Assembly: GCA_022449765.1 (NCBI GenBank)
Contig: JAKUPZ010000003.1
Span: 92,441 to 156,440 of the forward strand
Direction: 5' to 3'
Source: Dehalococcoidia bacterium
GTDB lineage: Bacteria > Chloroflexota > Dehalococcoidia > Lucifugimonadales > Australimonadaceae
Length of the DNA stretch: 64,000 nucleotides
The stretch's first letter is position 1; the number at the start of each line of letters is the position of its first letter. Shown here one piece after another: positions 8,668 to 18,425 of this stretch. Below the pieces are notes generated by a model. That model was not told where the DNA came from and did not search any database. It was given only the letters and a program-made list of their open reading frames with translations. A program made the translations under genes and the position numbers.

Positions 8668-8701
8668 ATTATCTCCAATATTACTTCTATTGGGGGTTTT
8701 T

Positions 8702-9307
8702 ATGGCGCTTGGAGTGAGTCTTCAAAAAGAGATGGTTACCGCGATTGCTCGTGATGTTTTAGCTGAAAAGGGGACAATTTTCAGCGTAGAAACATGTGAA
8801 GGAGAAAAATACCTGCGCGATGTTGTAGTTCAATTAGAATTATTAATTTTGGGCTTCAATGTCATTTCAAAAACATCACTTCTAAGATTGACGAGGAAAA
8901 CGGAAGCTTTGGTTCAAGGCAATACCCTTCATGCCCGCCTGCAAAATTTGCCGCTGGATGGGCTTTGGTCAAGTAATGATTATGGTGTCTGTATAGGTAG
9001 CTCTGAGGTTCAATATGCCAGGCATGATCAGCTTCAGGATATTGAAGGTTCTTTTAGTTTTATACAGGTAGAGCAATCTCATCATTTAAGTGATTTTGAT
9101 ATCAATCGAATTAAGCTTTTAGCGAGAGCTTCTGGTGCGACTGTTGTATTTTTTGGTCAAAGCACAGGGGTGAACTCTTCTTTTGGCCAATTGATTCAAC
9201 GTAATAAAAGAGCCCAGTTTGAAATGAGAGGGAAAGAGCATTTCATGCTCTTTGAAACAGCGATTGAGGATCCGCAAGAAAAAGAAACCTATTTGAGAGC
9301 CTCTTAA
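8702..9307 (+). CDS. hypothetical protein (candidate SOS-regulated), no recognisable domain
   Basis: ATG 8702 lies 4 nt after GGGGG; the track ORF starts at TTG 8690. 201 aa. No P-loop, no S24 peptidase motifs, no HTH seen. Confidence 0.6.
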   Translation: MALGVSLQKEMVTAIARDVLAEKGTIFSVETCEGEKYLRDVVVQLELLILGFNVISKTSLLRLTRKTEALVQGNTLHARLQNLPLDGLWSSNDYGVCIGSSEVQYARHDQLQDIEGSFSFIQVEQSHHLSDFDINRIKLLARASGATVVFFGQSTGVNSSFGQLIQRNKRAQFEMRGKEHFMLFETAIEDPQEKETYLRAS

Positions 9308-9367
9308 AAATATCGGTATTTAAATAATTGAAAATAATGGCTTAGGCGTAAATATTTGAGGGAGAAT

Positions 9368-9688
9368 ATGCGTAATTATATAAAATCTTACAGACGTCGT
9401 AATGAACCGTTCCTAGATTCACTACCTGAACAAATGCATTATTCAGACACTGGTTGCGAGGCATCTTTGTCGTGCCTGTCATGCCCATTGCCCAAGTGCA
9501 AGTATGATGATCCTGTGTGGTATCAGGCATATAAGCGTAGGGATAGGGATTTAGAATTATTGAATATGTATCGATCTGACAAATTAAGTGCCTTTGAGAT
9601 CGCTAACCACTTTGGAGTAAGCCCCAGAACTGTACATAGGGCTGTTAAGAGAGCACAGGGATATAAAGAGGGTATAAAAGTCGCGTAA
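9368..9688 (+). CDS. small Cys4-cluster + C-terminal helix-turn-helix protein (putative transcription regulator)
   Basis: ATG 9368 follows GAGGGAG. Cys cluster C-x5-C-x2-C-P-x3-C (CEASLSCLSCPLPKC). C-terminal HTH LSAFEIANHFGVSPRTVHRAVKRA. Confidence 0.6.
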   Translation: MRNYIKSYRRRNEPFLDSLPEQMHYSDTGCEASLSCLSCPLPKCKYDDPVWYQAYKRRDRDLELLNMYRSDKLSAFEIANHFGVSPRTVHRAVKRAQGYKEGIKVA

Positions 9689-9786
9689 CCACCACGCAAC
9701 AACCGATGACTTCTGTGTAGCGTAAAAGTATGTTATCAATACTGTTGAAACTATAACCAAATAAAAGACTGATTAGAGAGGGACAC

Positions 9787-10560
9787 ATGAGACTCGAAGG
9801 GAAAGTAGCTATTATTACAGGAGCCGGTCGAAATATAGGTGAAGCGGTAGGTCATTTATTTGCAGAAGAGGGTGCAAGAGTAGCACTTGTTGATGTCCGC
9901 TTTGCGGCTGTGGAAGAAGTATCGCATGCGATTAATGCAAAACACCCAGGGGCTGCGGTTGCTTTACAGTGCGATGTCTCTTCTGCATTGCAGGTAGAAA
10001 AAATGGTTTCGGACACAGTCTCTTCTTTTGGGAGAATTGACATCCTAGTTAATAATGCTGCTATCACTGATCATACTCCTGTATTAGACCTACCCGAAGA
10101 GGAATGGGATCAGATACTGGGAGTTACACTGAAAAGTGTATTTTTGACTTGCAAATATGCAGGCCGTCAGCTACGAGAACAAGGTCAAGGCGGGAAGATT
10201 ATTAACGTAGCATCTACTTCTGGGCATCGTGGGCGTGCTGATGCAACGGCTTATTCTGCTGCAAAAGGAGGGTTGCTCAATTTAACTCGCTCTCTTGCTA
10301 TTCAATTTGCAGAATTTGGGGTACGAGTTAATTCATTGACACCGAATCGGATTGGCTCTCCAGTTGGCAAAGAGGAAGTTCCCGCTGAGGGGAGAGGTAT
10401 AACTAACTTAGTGGGTCGTCCTGGAGTACCTATGGATATTGCCAATGCAGCTCTATTTTTAGCTTCTAATGAGTCTGATTTTATTGCGGCTGCGGATATT
10501 TTAGTAGATGGGGGCTCACTTGCCGGGGCACTTCAAACTCCGTTTTCCCCTAAACAGTAA
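9787..10560 (+). CDS. SDR-family oxidoreductase (FabG-like)
   Basis: TGAGRNIGEA cofactor motif, NNAA, catalytic YSAAKGG. Confidence 0.85.
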   Translation: MRLEGKVAIITGAGRNIGEAVGHLFAEEGARVALVDVRFAAVEEVSHAINAKHPGAAVALQCDVSSALQVEKMVSDTVSSFGRIDILVNNAAITDHTPVLDLPEEEWDQILGVTLKSVFLTCKYAGRQLREQGQGGKIINVASTSGHRGRADATAYSAAKGGLLNLTRSLAIQFAEFGVRVNSLTPNRIGSPVGKEEVPAEGRGITNLVGRPGVPMDIANAALFLASNESDFIAAADILVDGGSLAGALQTPFSPKQ

Positions 10561-10571
10561 GGGTTATGCTG

Positions 10572-11201
10572 TTAGCCTTTGACCATTGCTATAACTTGGT
10601 CGGTAGTTCTCACCCGCGCCATAAATGGGAAAATGCGATTCATGAATTGCTCATGGTTATCTTGATTTCCTGATCTGCAAGCATCGCTTACTACAACGAT
10701 ATTAAAATCAGAATCCCTTGCACAATACGCGGTAGAGGCAATCCCAACTTCAGTAGCTCCTCCACATAAAATGATAGTATCGATGCCCCTAGTACGAAGG
10801 CTTAGCTCTAGATGCGTTTGAAAAAAAGCATTCCATCGATGCTTGGCTATTATGTAATCATCTTGCCTAGGCTGTAGTTCCGGGATAATCTCGGAGCTCC
10901 AATCTCCTGCATAAACTAAAAGATAGGGCTTAAAAGGTTTCTCTTCGGGGTCAGACCAAGGCTCCCCTGAGATGCCTGTGTCGGAATAGAGATTGGCTGA
11001 ATCTTTTCCGTCATGCCGATGATCTGCACGAGCATAGTAGACAGGGACGTTAGCGCTGCGAGCTGCGGAAAGAACTTTTTGACAATTATCGACAAAGGGC
11101 TTAGTGATTCTCTCTTGCTCTTTAGATGTATGAACATACGCATTGAGCATGTCAAAAAATACTAATGCAGTCTTTTGCGGGTCAAGTACGTTGTAACTCA
11201 A
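10572..11201 (-). CDS. isochorismatase-family cysteine hydrolase
   Basis: TTG start at 11201 lies 5 nt after GGAGGG. Has TALVFFDM..., KHRWNAF..., and the C-terminal ILCGGATEVGIASTA catalytic-Cys region. The upstream part of the track ORF is tRNA read-through. Confidence 0.78.
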   Translation of the reverse strand: MSYNVLDPQKTALVFFDMLNAYVHTSKEQERITKPFVDNCQKVLSAARSANVPVYYARADHRHDGKDSANLYSDTGISGEPWSDPEEKPFKPYLLVYAGDWSSEIIPELQPRQDDYIIAKHRWNAFFQTHLELSLRTRGIDTIILCGGATEVGIASTAYCARDSDFNIVVVSDACRSGNQDNHEQFMNRIFPFMARVRTTDQVIAMVKG

Positions 11202-11250
11202 ATCACCCTCCAGCTGGATCCTATTAGGCCAATTAGGGAGCAAGGCACAA

Positions 11251-11327
11251 TGGTCGGGGTGCCCGGATTCGAACCGGGGGCCTCGCGCACCCCATGCGCG
11301 CGCGCTACCGAGCTGCGCCACACCCCG
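11251..11327 (-). tRNA. tRNA-Pro (anticodon GGG)
   Basis: Reverse complement folds as CGGGGTG-TG-GCGC/AGCTCGGTA/GCGC-G-CGCGC/AT GGG GT/GCGCG-AGGCC-CCCGG/TTCGAAT/CCGGG-CACCCCG-A-CCA. Confidence 0.9.
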
Positions 11328-11453
11328 AAACAATACAAGTCAGATTAGCATAGTATGAGAAGCGCTGCAGCTTAATTGCAGCTTCATTTTGCATGCCTAA
11401 GTTATAATTAATACGGTATTAAAAGCGAACTGCATGTCTGGAGTGTTAACAAT

Positions 11454-12558
11454 ATGGACGAACTGAAGCAAAAGCTTACTGATTTGCGTGAGGTAGTGAC
11501 TGGCATTATGGTGCGCCTTTGACATACCTGCTCTTGAAATAGAAGCTGGCAAATTAGAACACGAGACTTTAGATCCTAATTTTTGGAATAATTCTGGTGA
11601 CGCTCAAAGCGTAATGAGAAAGTTAGCACAATTGCGCTCTACTATAGATGGGTGGGTAGATTTCCAGTCACGTGTTTTATCTACCATTGACTTGGTTGAT
11701 ATGGCCATTGATTCCGAGGATTTCTCATTAGAGAGTGAGATTGCTCAGGAGGCTGAGATCCTTTTTGAAGATTTTCAGGCTCGTGAATTCCAATTAGTTT
11801 TTTCTGGCGAGTACGATGATCATAGCGCGATATTGGCGATTCATGCAGGCGCAGGAGGCACTGATTCTCAGGATTGGACTGAGATGCTTCTTAGAATGTA
11901 CACCCGGTGGGGAGATCAGAATGGTTACAAGACGCAAATATTAGATCTATCTGAGGGAGAAGAAGCTGGTATAAAGAGCGCTACGATTGAAATTTCAGGT
12001 CCCAATGCCTATGGATATGCAAAAACTGAAAGCGGGGTTCATAGGCTGGTTCGCTTATCCCCCTTTGATTCTTCTCACGCGCGACATACATCATTTGCCT
12101 TGGTTGAAGTTTTACCTGAGGTTGATAATGACGTGGAGGTACAAATCAATGCAGATGACATTGAAATGGACGTATTTAGAGCTAGCGGGGCAGGAGGCCA
12201 GAGCGTTCAAAAGAATTCTACCGCAGTTCGGATTCGTCATCTTCCATCAGGATTAGTGGTTTCTTGTCAAAATGAAAGGTCGCAGCTACAGAATCGTGAA
12301 GCAGCATTAAAAATCCTTCGCTCTCGCTTAATTGAAATTGAGATAAAGAGGAAAGAACAAGAAAAAGCTTCCTTGAAAGGCGAGCATATTACTGCAGGCT
12401 GGGGCAATCAGATTCGGAGCTATGTTCTTCATCCCTATAAAATGGTTAAGGATCACCGAACAGGCTTTGAATCTACCAACCCAGAATTAGTATTAGATGG
12501 AGAGCTTTCAGATCTGATGAAAGCGTATCTTTTAGCAAGCGTAAATAGGATTGATTAA
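11454..12558 (+). CDS. prfB: peptide chain release factor 2, with programmed +1 frameshift at CTT TGA C (11517-11523)
   Basis: Frame-0 MDELKQKLTDLREVVTGIMVRL stops at TGA 11520-11522. The +1 frame continues DIPALEIEAGKLEHETLDPNFW... into track ORF 11614-12558, which has SPF and GGQ (ASGAGGQSVQ) motifs. GGTG lies 3 nt before CTT. Confidence 0.92.
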
Positions 12559-12565
12559 CGATAGA

Positions 12566-12642
12566 TGGTGGGCCACCCTGGACTCGAACCAGGGACCTCA
12601 GTCTTATCAGGACTGCGCTCTAACCACCTGAGCTAGTGGCCC
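12566..12642 (-). tRNA. tRNA-Ile (anticodon GAU)
   Basis: Reverse complement GGGCCACTAGCTCAGGTGGTTAGAGCGCAGTCCTGATAAGACTGAGGTCCCTGGTTCGAGTCCAGGGTGGCCCACCA. Cloverleaf with CT-GAT-AA loop and encoded CCA. Confidence 0.92.
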
Positions 12643-12661
12643 TTGGGAACTGAGCCCTAAT

Positions 12662-12697
12662 TTATTTAGAGACCAGCCTTGGCTGGTCTCTAAATAA
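12662..12697 (-). other. 17-bp perfect hairpin in the 16S to tRNA-Ile spacer (probable RNA-processing structure)
   Basis: ttatttagagaccagcc-tt-ggctggtctctaaataa. No U-tract on either strand. Confidence 0.6.
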
Positions 12698-12701
12698 TGC
12701 T

Positions 12702-12728
12702 CTTAACGAGTGAATAGTGAAAGGAAAG
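12702..12728 (-). other. 3' half of the 16S-bracketing processing helix
   Basis: Reverse-complementary to 14459-14485: 27 positions with 1 A-C mismatch and 1 G-U pair. Confidence 0.65.
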
Positions 12729-12859
12729 ACTTTAGTTCGACGTTAGTCCTGTGAAGGTCTGGAACAGTGTTGTTCAGCAAGGGAGCAAAGCTCAACCAAT
12801 TGCTTCACAAGAGGCTATTCCCCCAACGTGTCGACCTAGGTTTCCCCAAAGGGACTCCC

Positions 12860-14364
<1,505 letters not shown>

Positions 14365-14458
14365 CAAGTTTGGATCTTAATTGATCCAATAATGTCTATT
14401 TGACAAGGGTGCATGTCATAAATGACATGCTAAGCATACCCCTTAGGGCATGCTGGCG

Positions 14459-14485
14459 CTTTCCTTCCACTATTCACTTGTTAAG
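14459..14485 (-). other. 5' half of the 16S-bracketing processing helix
   Basis: ctttccttccactattcacttgttaag pairs with 12702-12728 in the precursor. Confidence 0.65.
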
Positions 14486-14521
14486 GAGCAAATAAATATT
14501 CCCCCGGAGGGGAACCCATCT

Positions 14522-14550
14522 ATCGTACAGAAATTTAAGGTTCTCGTCAA
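14522..14550 (-). promoter_or_regulatory. candidate sigma70-type rRNA promoter (-35 TTGACG, 17-nt spacer, -10 TACGAT)
   Basis: Minus strand reads TTGACG-agaaccttaaatttctg-TACGAT, about 150 nt upstream of the mature 16S 5' end. AT-rich tract upstream. Confidence 0.45.
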
Positions 14551-14586
14551 TAAGATAAGGAATGGAGAACACAGTAAAATTAGTAA

Positions 14587-15213
14587 TTAAAAGATTAAAT
14601 TTCTTACCTTTGCCAAAATCGTTGAATGGATTTCTTGAATACCCAATTCTGCATTGATAACGAGCCATGTTTCAGGAGAACGAGAAGCTAGTTTTAGAAA
14701 GCCTGATCGGACTTTATGATGGAATGCAATGTTGGCATTTTCAAATCTTGGTTGATTTGCCTTTGCTCCATCTCGTTGAGAAGCACGTTGAAGGCTGATT
14801 TCAGGTGGCGCATCAAGTAGTATTGTAAGCTCTGGAGTTAGCCCGTCTTTCGCCAGATTATTTGCCGAATTTACATACCGCATAGGGACATTTCGCGCAA
14901 ATCCTTGATAGACAGTCGTAGAATCGGCATATCTGTCTAATAATATGTCGAAACCTGCATTTAGTTTCGGTTTTAAAACAGTCCGAACTAGCTCTGCTCG
15001 AGCTGCGGTGAATAATAATAATTCAGATGCTGGTTCTAGAGATCGGGTGTTATCCATCAACCAAGCTCGAAGATACTCACCCAAGGGAGACCCTCCAGGT
15101 TCTCTGAGCTGTAATACCTTTCGACCTAAACCTTCAAGCGAAAGGCGTAATAATTCAATCTGGGTGCTTTTGCCAGTACCTTCACCACCTTCAAAAGTAA
15201 TAAATAAACTCAT
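14587..15213 (-). CDS. tmk: thymidylate (dTMP) kinase
   Basis: MSLFITFEGGEGTGKSTQ P-loop, DRY motif (LLDRYADST). 208 aa. Confidence 0.92.
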   Translation of the reverse strand: MSLFITFEGGEGTGKSTQIELLRLSLEGLGRKVLQLREPGGSPLGEYLRAWLMDNTRSLEPASELLLFTAARAELVRTVLKPKLNAGFDILLDRYADSTTVYQGFARNVPMRYVNSANNLAKDGLTPELTILLDAPPEISLQRASQRDGAKANQPRFENANIAFHHKVRSGFLKLASRSPETWLVINAELGIQEIHSTILAKVRNLIF

Positions 15214-15214
15214 T

Positions 15215-16891
15215 TTAACGAGGCCTTCTTATCGTCACTCTTCTATGAGGTTCTCTACCTACACTATGTGAATGCAGCTGAGCTTGTTCTGCAATTCTGT
15301 GTTGTACTCTCCTAACGTAAGCGGATTGAGGTTCCAATTCTATTGCGTAAGTTTCGCCTGAGAGAATTCGATAGACACCTTCTTCTGCTTGAGTAGAGCC
15401 CTCGTTGACAGGGTTAGTTTTAGAGGAGGTTTGGCTTCCATCGATTTGCTCCAAAAAACTGGTTAGCTGCGCAGGAGTATTACGACGCAAGACAAAAATC
15501 GGAACTCCTTTGTCTTCAGCTTCTAAAATAACGTTTGCTCTTCTTCTAAAATGAGACTTAGTCGTGAGAACAACATTAGCTTCACTGACTGAATTAACAA
15601 TAGAAATAGAAGCTCCCGCGCTTCGAGCAAATTCCTGTAATCGTTCACGGCTAACACCAAACGGATATATTTTGGTGAATGCTATTTCAGGCACAGTTCC
15701 TAGATCATTTTGAGGGATTTTTATTGGTATTTCATGAATGCTTTCGCTTTCATCTCGGGGAGTTTTACGATGCTCCCCTTTCCCATGGAAGATAAATGGA
15801 GCAACTTCAAAGGCAGGTGTAGTTGGAGCTTGTTGCAAATGTTTACGTATAGAACCTGATGCATCTAATTCTCGTATTTCTGGAGGTATCTGCCTTCCTC
15901 TTAATACAGCATCGACTGTTCGTGCAACATCTTCATGTACTGCAACATAGTTCCATCCTCTTATTTCGATGAGAACCTCAAAAGTGGGAGGTGCTTTTCG
16001 TTCGAGTATCGTTTTTTGCGTTCTCCTTCTTCGAGCCTCATCATCACCAAGGGTTACTGTTTGTATGCCGCCAACTAAATCAGAAAGAGTTGGATTTACT
16101 AAAAGATTCTCAAGGGTATTACCGTGAGCAGTTGCAACTAGTTGAACTCCTCTTTCAGCAATTGTCCTCGCAGCTGAAGCCTCGAGCTCTGTCCCCATTT
16201 CATCAACGATAATTGCTTGTGGCATATGGTTTTCTACGGCTTCTATCATGGTCGAATGCTGCATTTCAGGGGTGGATACTTGCATTCTTCTTGCTTTGCC
16301 AATGGCCGGGTGTGGGATATCACCATCACCTGCTATCTCATTTGAGGTATCTACAATAATGACTCTCTTGCTGGCATCCGCTAAAACACGGGCTAGCTCT
16401 CTTAGGATGGTAGTTTTTCCTACACCTGGTCTTCCTACCAATAGAATACTTTTACCTGACAGCGCAAGATCCTCAACTACTCTTGCGCTACCTTCAATTG
16501 CTCTTCCGAATCTACATGTTAATCCAACTACTTCACCTTTTCGATTCCTCATCGCTGATATTCGATGGAGGGTTCTCTCGATTCCTGCTCGATTATCTCC
16601 TCCGAAAGATCCTAAGCGGCCCATCACAAATTCTAAATCTTTTCGAGTCAATTCCTGGTCGCCCAAGTAGATATCCCGAGTCAAAAATCGAGCTTCTGCT
16701 GGCCGTCCAAGGTCTAGAATAATTTCTAGTAAATCATTGATATCTAAAGGAGACTGAATGTCTGAAAAACTTGGCTCTGTCCGCGTTCTTGTAATTAAAT
16801 CTTGAAAAGTTTTTTCTATCCAAGGAGGCAAAATTGCAAATAATGCCTGACGTTCTTCTTCTTGACTCGAGTGATCTTCATGTTGGAGCAT
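15215..16891 (-). CDS. AAA-type ATPase with C-terminal R3H domain (Ycf45 / SpoIIIAA-like)
   Basis: Walker [10 protein letters not shown], Walker B IIVDEMG, conserved ATAHG block. C-terminal R3H-like [37 protein letters not shown]. Confidence 0.8.
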   Translation of the reverse strand: MLQHEDHSSQEEERQALFAILPPWIEKTFQDLITRTRTEPSFSDIQSPLDINDLLEIILDLGRPAEARFLTRDIYLGDQELTRKDLEFVMGRLGSFGGDNRAGIERTLHRISAMRNRKGEVVGLTCRFGRAIEGSARVVEDLALSGKSILLVGRPGVGKTTILRELARVLADASKRVIIVDTSNEIAGDGDIPHPAIGKARRMQVSTPEMQHSTMIEAVENHMPQAIIVDEMGTELEASAARTIAERGVQLVATAHGNTLENLLVNPTLSDLVGGIQTVTLGDDEARRRRTQKTILERKAPPTFEVLIEIRGWNYVAVHEDVARTVDAVLRGRQIPPEIRELDASGSIRKHLQQAPTTPAFEVAPFIFHGKGEHRKTPRDESESIHEIPIKIPQNDLGTVPEIAFTKIYPFGVSRERLQEFARSAGASISIVNSVSEANVVLTTKSHFRRRANVILEAEDKGVPIFVLRRNTPAQLTSFLEQIDGSQTSSKTNPVNEGSTQAEEGVYRILSGETYAIELEPQSAYVRRVQHRIAEQAQLHSHSVGREPHRRVTIRRPR

Positions 16892-16909
16892 CTATTAAAT
16901 GTTACCTCA

Positions 16910-17821
16910 TTAAACTTGTACTGGAAGCATTGAAGTTTGGTGTGCGAATTTGGCAATTGGCTTAATTAATACTTCGAAAGAATTATCAACACTCCACCCT
17001 CTGCTATTTAAGGCGTTTGCTATCGTTACTTCATGGTTTCGTACTATCCAATGTACTTTAGTTTTGTACCCTACGATACGGTATGCGGTCTCTATAAAGT
17101 CATCAGTACGAGATGAGTATTCAGGGTGGATAAAAGAGTCAATTACGATCGATTTCGATAGCCAATTAATTCGGAGCCATGCGCGAATTTCAGAATCTAT
17201 GTTCCAAATATATTCTTGAACATGCCCGATCGAATTTTCGCGTGCTGCAAGCCATTGTTCCAAATTCATTCCTATGGCAGGCTTTATTTTCTGAGGAACT
17301 ACCGCGACATGTAATCTATATAGACCGTGCAAATCTGTTGGTTGTAGCTTTTGCAACGCGAGAGATCTTACCCCAGTGGAGCTTAAAGTACCGCGTAATA
17401 GATTCTCTTTGAATGCGTGCTTAAAGCCGGTTCGAGTTGCTGGTCCATCTGCAGGGCTTGCTAAAGGGGACCGCATAAAAATCCGCTCTGCTCCACCTCT
17501 AGCAGCCACTCTAGCTGCTGCAATGATTAATTCGTCTAATTCTCCATAGCCTGCGGTGTTAGAAAACGCGTGAGAAATTTCCCATACCGATTTGTGTTGC
17601 CGAGATTGTAGTAAGAGCAGTGCTTGAAGATGGTTATTGTGGAAAGAACCAATAGCTTTACGGTTCCGTGGAATAGGTAGCGTCCAAATTCCAAGTTCCA
17701 GAGGCCTGAGCATTTTGCCTTTTCCTGATATCCGGGAGTACGTAGACACAAGGTCATTACTGTTTAATCGATTTGGCAACAGTTGCCGTGGGATATCGCT
17801 CAGTCGGAGCGTTCGGATCAC
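16910..17821 (-). CDS. hypothetical protein (possibly acyltransferase-like; not recognised)
   Basis: Preferred start is GTG 17821, 6 nt after AGGAGAG, forming a GTGA overlap with the pdxT stop. The track ORF starts at ATG 17845. Confidence 0.5.
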   Translation of the reverse strand: MIRTLRLSDIPRQLLPNRLNSNDLVSTYSRISGKGKMLRPLELGIWTLPIPRNRKAIGSFHNNHLQALLLLQSRQHKSVWEISHAFSNTAGYGELDELIIAAARVAARGGAERIFMRSPLASPADGPATRTGFKHAFKENLLRGTLSSTGVRSLALQKLQPTDLHGLYRLHVAVVPQKIKPAIGMNLEQWLAARENSIGHVQEYIWNIDSEIRAWLRINWLSKSIVIDSFIHPEYSSRTDDFIETAYRIVGYKTKVHWIVRNHEVTIANALNSRGWSVDNSFEVLIKPIAKFAHQTSMLPVQV

Positions 17822-18408
17822 CTTAATCTCTCCTGATTGATGCAAAGCTCTAGGAAATATTTGTGCATTCTTGAGTCTTCAGATAATTCTGGATGGAAAG
17901 ATGTGGCAAGCAGGTTTCCTTGGCGGACACCTATGATAGTGCCATCTGCGAGTGAAGAAATCACTTGTACTTGCTCACCAATATGGAGGATTTGTGGGGC
18001 TCGGATGAAGAATACATGTAGTGCGCTACCGTCTAATCCGTCTATATATACATCAGTTTCAAAAGAGTTGATTTGCCTACCAAAGCCATTTCTTTGAACA
18101 GTAATATCTATTAAGCCGAGAGGTTTAGGGCGATCTTCAGTAAGTTCAGAAGCCATAAGGATCATGCCTGCGCATGTACCCCAAATAGCTTTTCCTGACT
18201 CAGCAAATTTTTTGATAGAGTTGCGGAGGTTATATGAATCCATGATTTTTGCCATGGATGTACTTTCTCCCCCTGGAATAATGAGCCCATCTAATCCCTC
18301 AAAATCAGGCGAGTTACGGACTTCAACGACAGTTGTTCCAAGCTGAGCTAGGAAATCGCAATGCTCTGCGAAATCTCCTTGAAGGGATAATACACCTACC
18401 GTAGACGT
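17818..18408 (-). CDS. pdxT: pyridoxal 5'-phosphate synthase glutaminase subunit PdxT (start codon non-canonical or uncertain)
   Basis: The track ORF (145 aa from ATG 18255) lacks the N-terminus. The same frame stays open to 18411 and encodes (V)TSTVGVLSLQGDFAEHCDFLAQLG...GLIIPGGEST, the conserved PdxT N-terminus. There is no ATG/GTG/TTG in that stretch. ACG codons occur at 18406-18408 and 18400-18402, downstream of GAGGTGA. Confidence 0.8.
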   Translation of the reverse strand, partial: TSTVGVLSLQGDFAEHCDFLAQLGTTVVEVRNSPDFEGLDGLIIPGGESTSMAKIMDSYNLRNSIKKFAESGKAIWGTCAGMILMASELTEDRPKPLGLIDITVQRNGFGRQINSFETDVYIDGLDGSALHVFFIRAPQILHIGEQVQVISSLADGTIIGVRQGNLLATSFHPELSEDSRMHKYFLELCINQERLR

Positions 18409-18425
18409 AACTCACCTCGTATGGA

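Noticed and set aside
11202-11333. N-terminal 44 codons of track ORF 10572-11333 (MFRGVAQLGSARAWGARGPRFESGHPDH...)
   Set aside because: This segment is the translation of tRNA-Pro (11251-11327) and its flank. The real isochorismatase-family CDS starts at TTG 11201, behind GGAGGG.
11987-12256. 89-aa alternative-frame ORF inside prfB
   Set aside because: It is fully embedded in the conserved RF2 coding frame and has no independent support.
12662-12697. 17-bp hairpin as an intrinsic terminator for prfB or for the rRNA operon
   Set aside because: There is no U/T tract after the stem on either strand, and on the rRNA strand tRNA-Ile still lies downstream. It is better explained as a processing structure.
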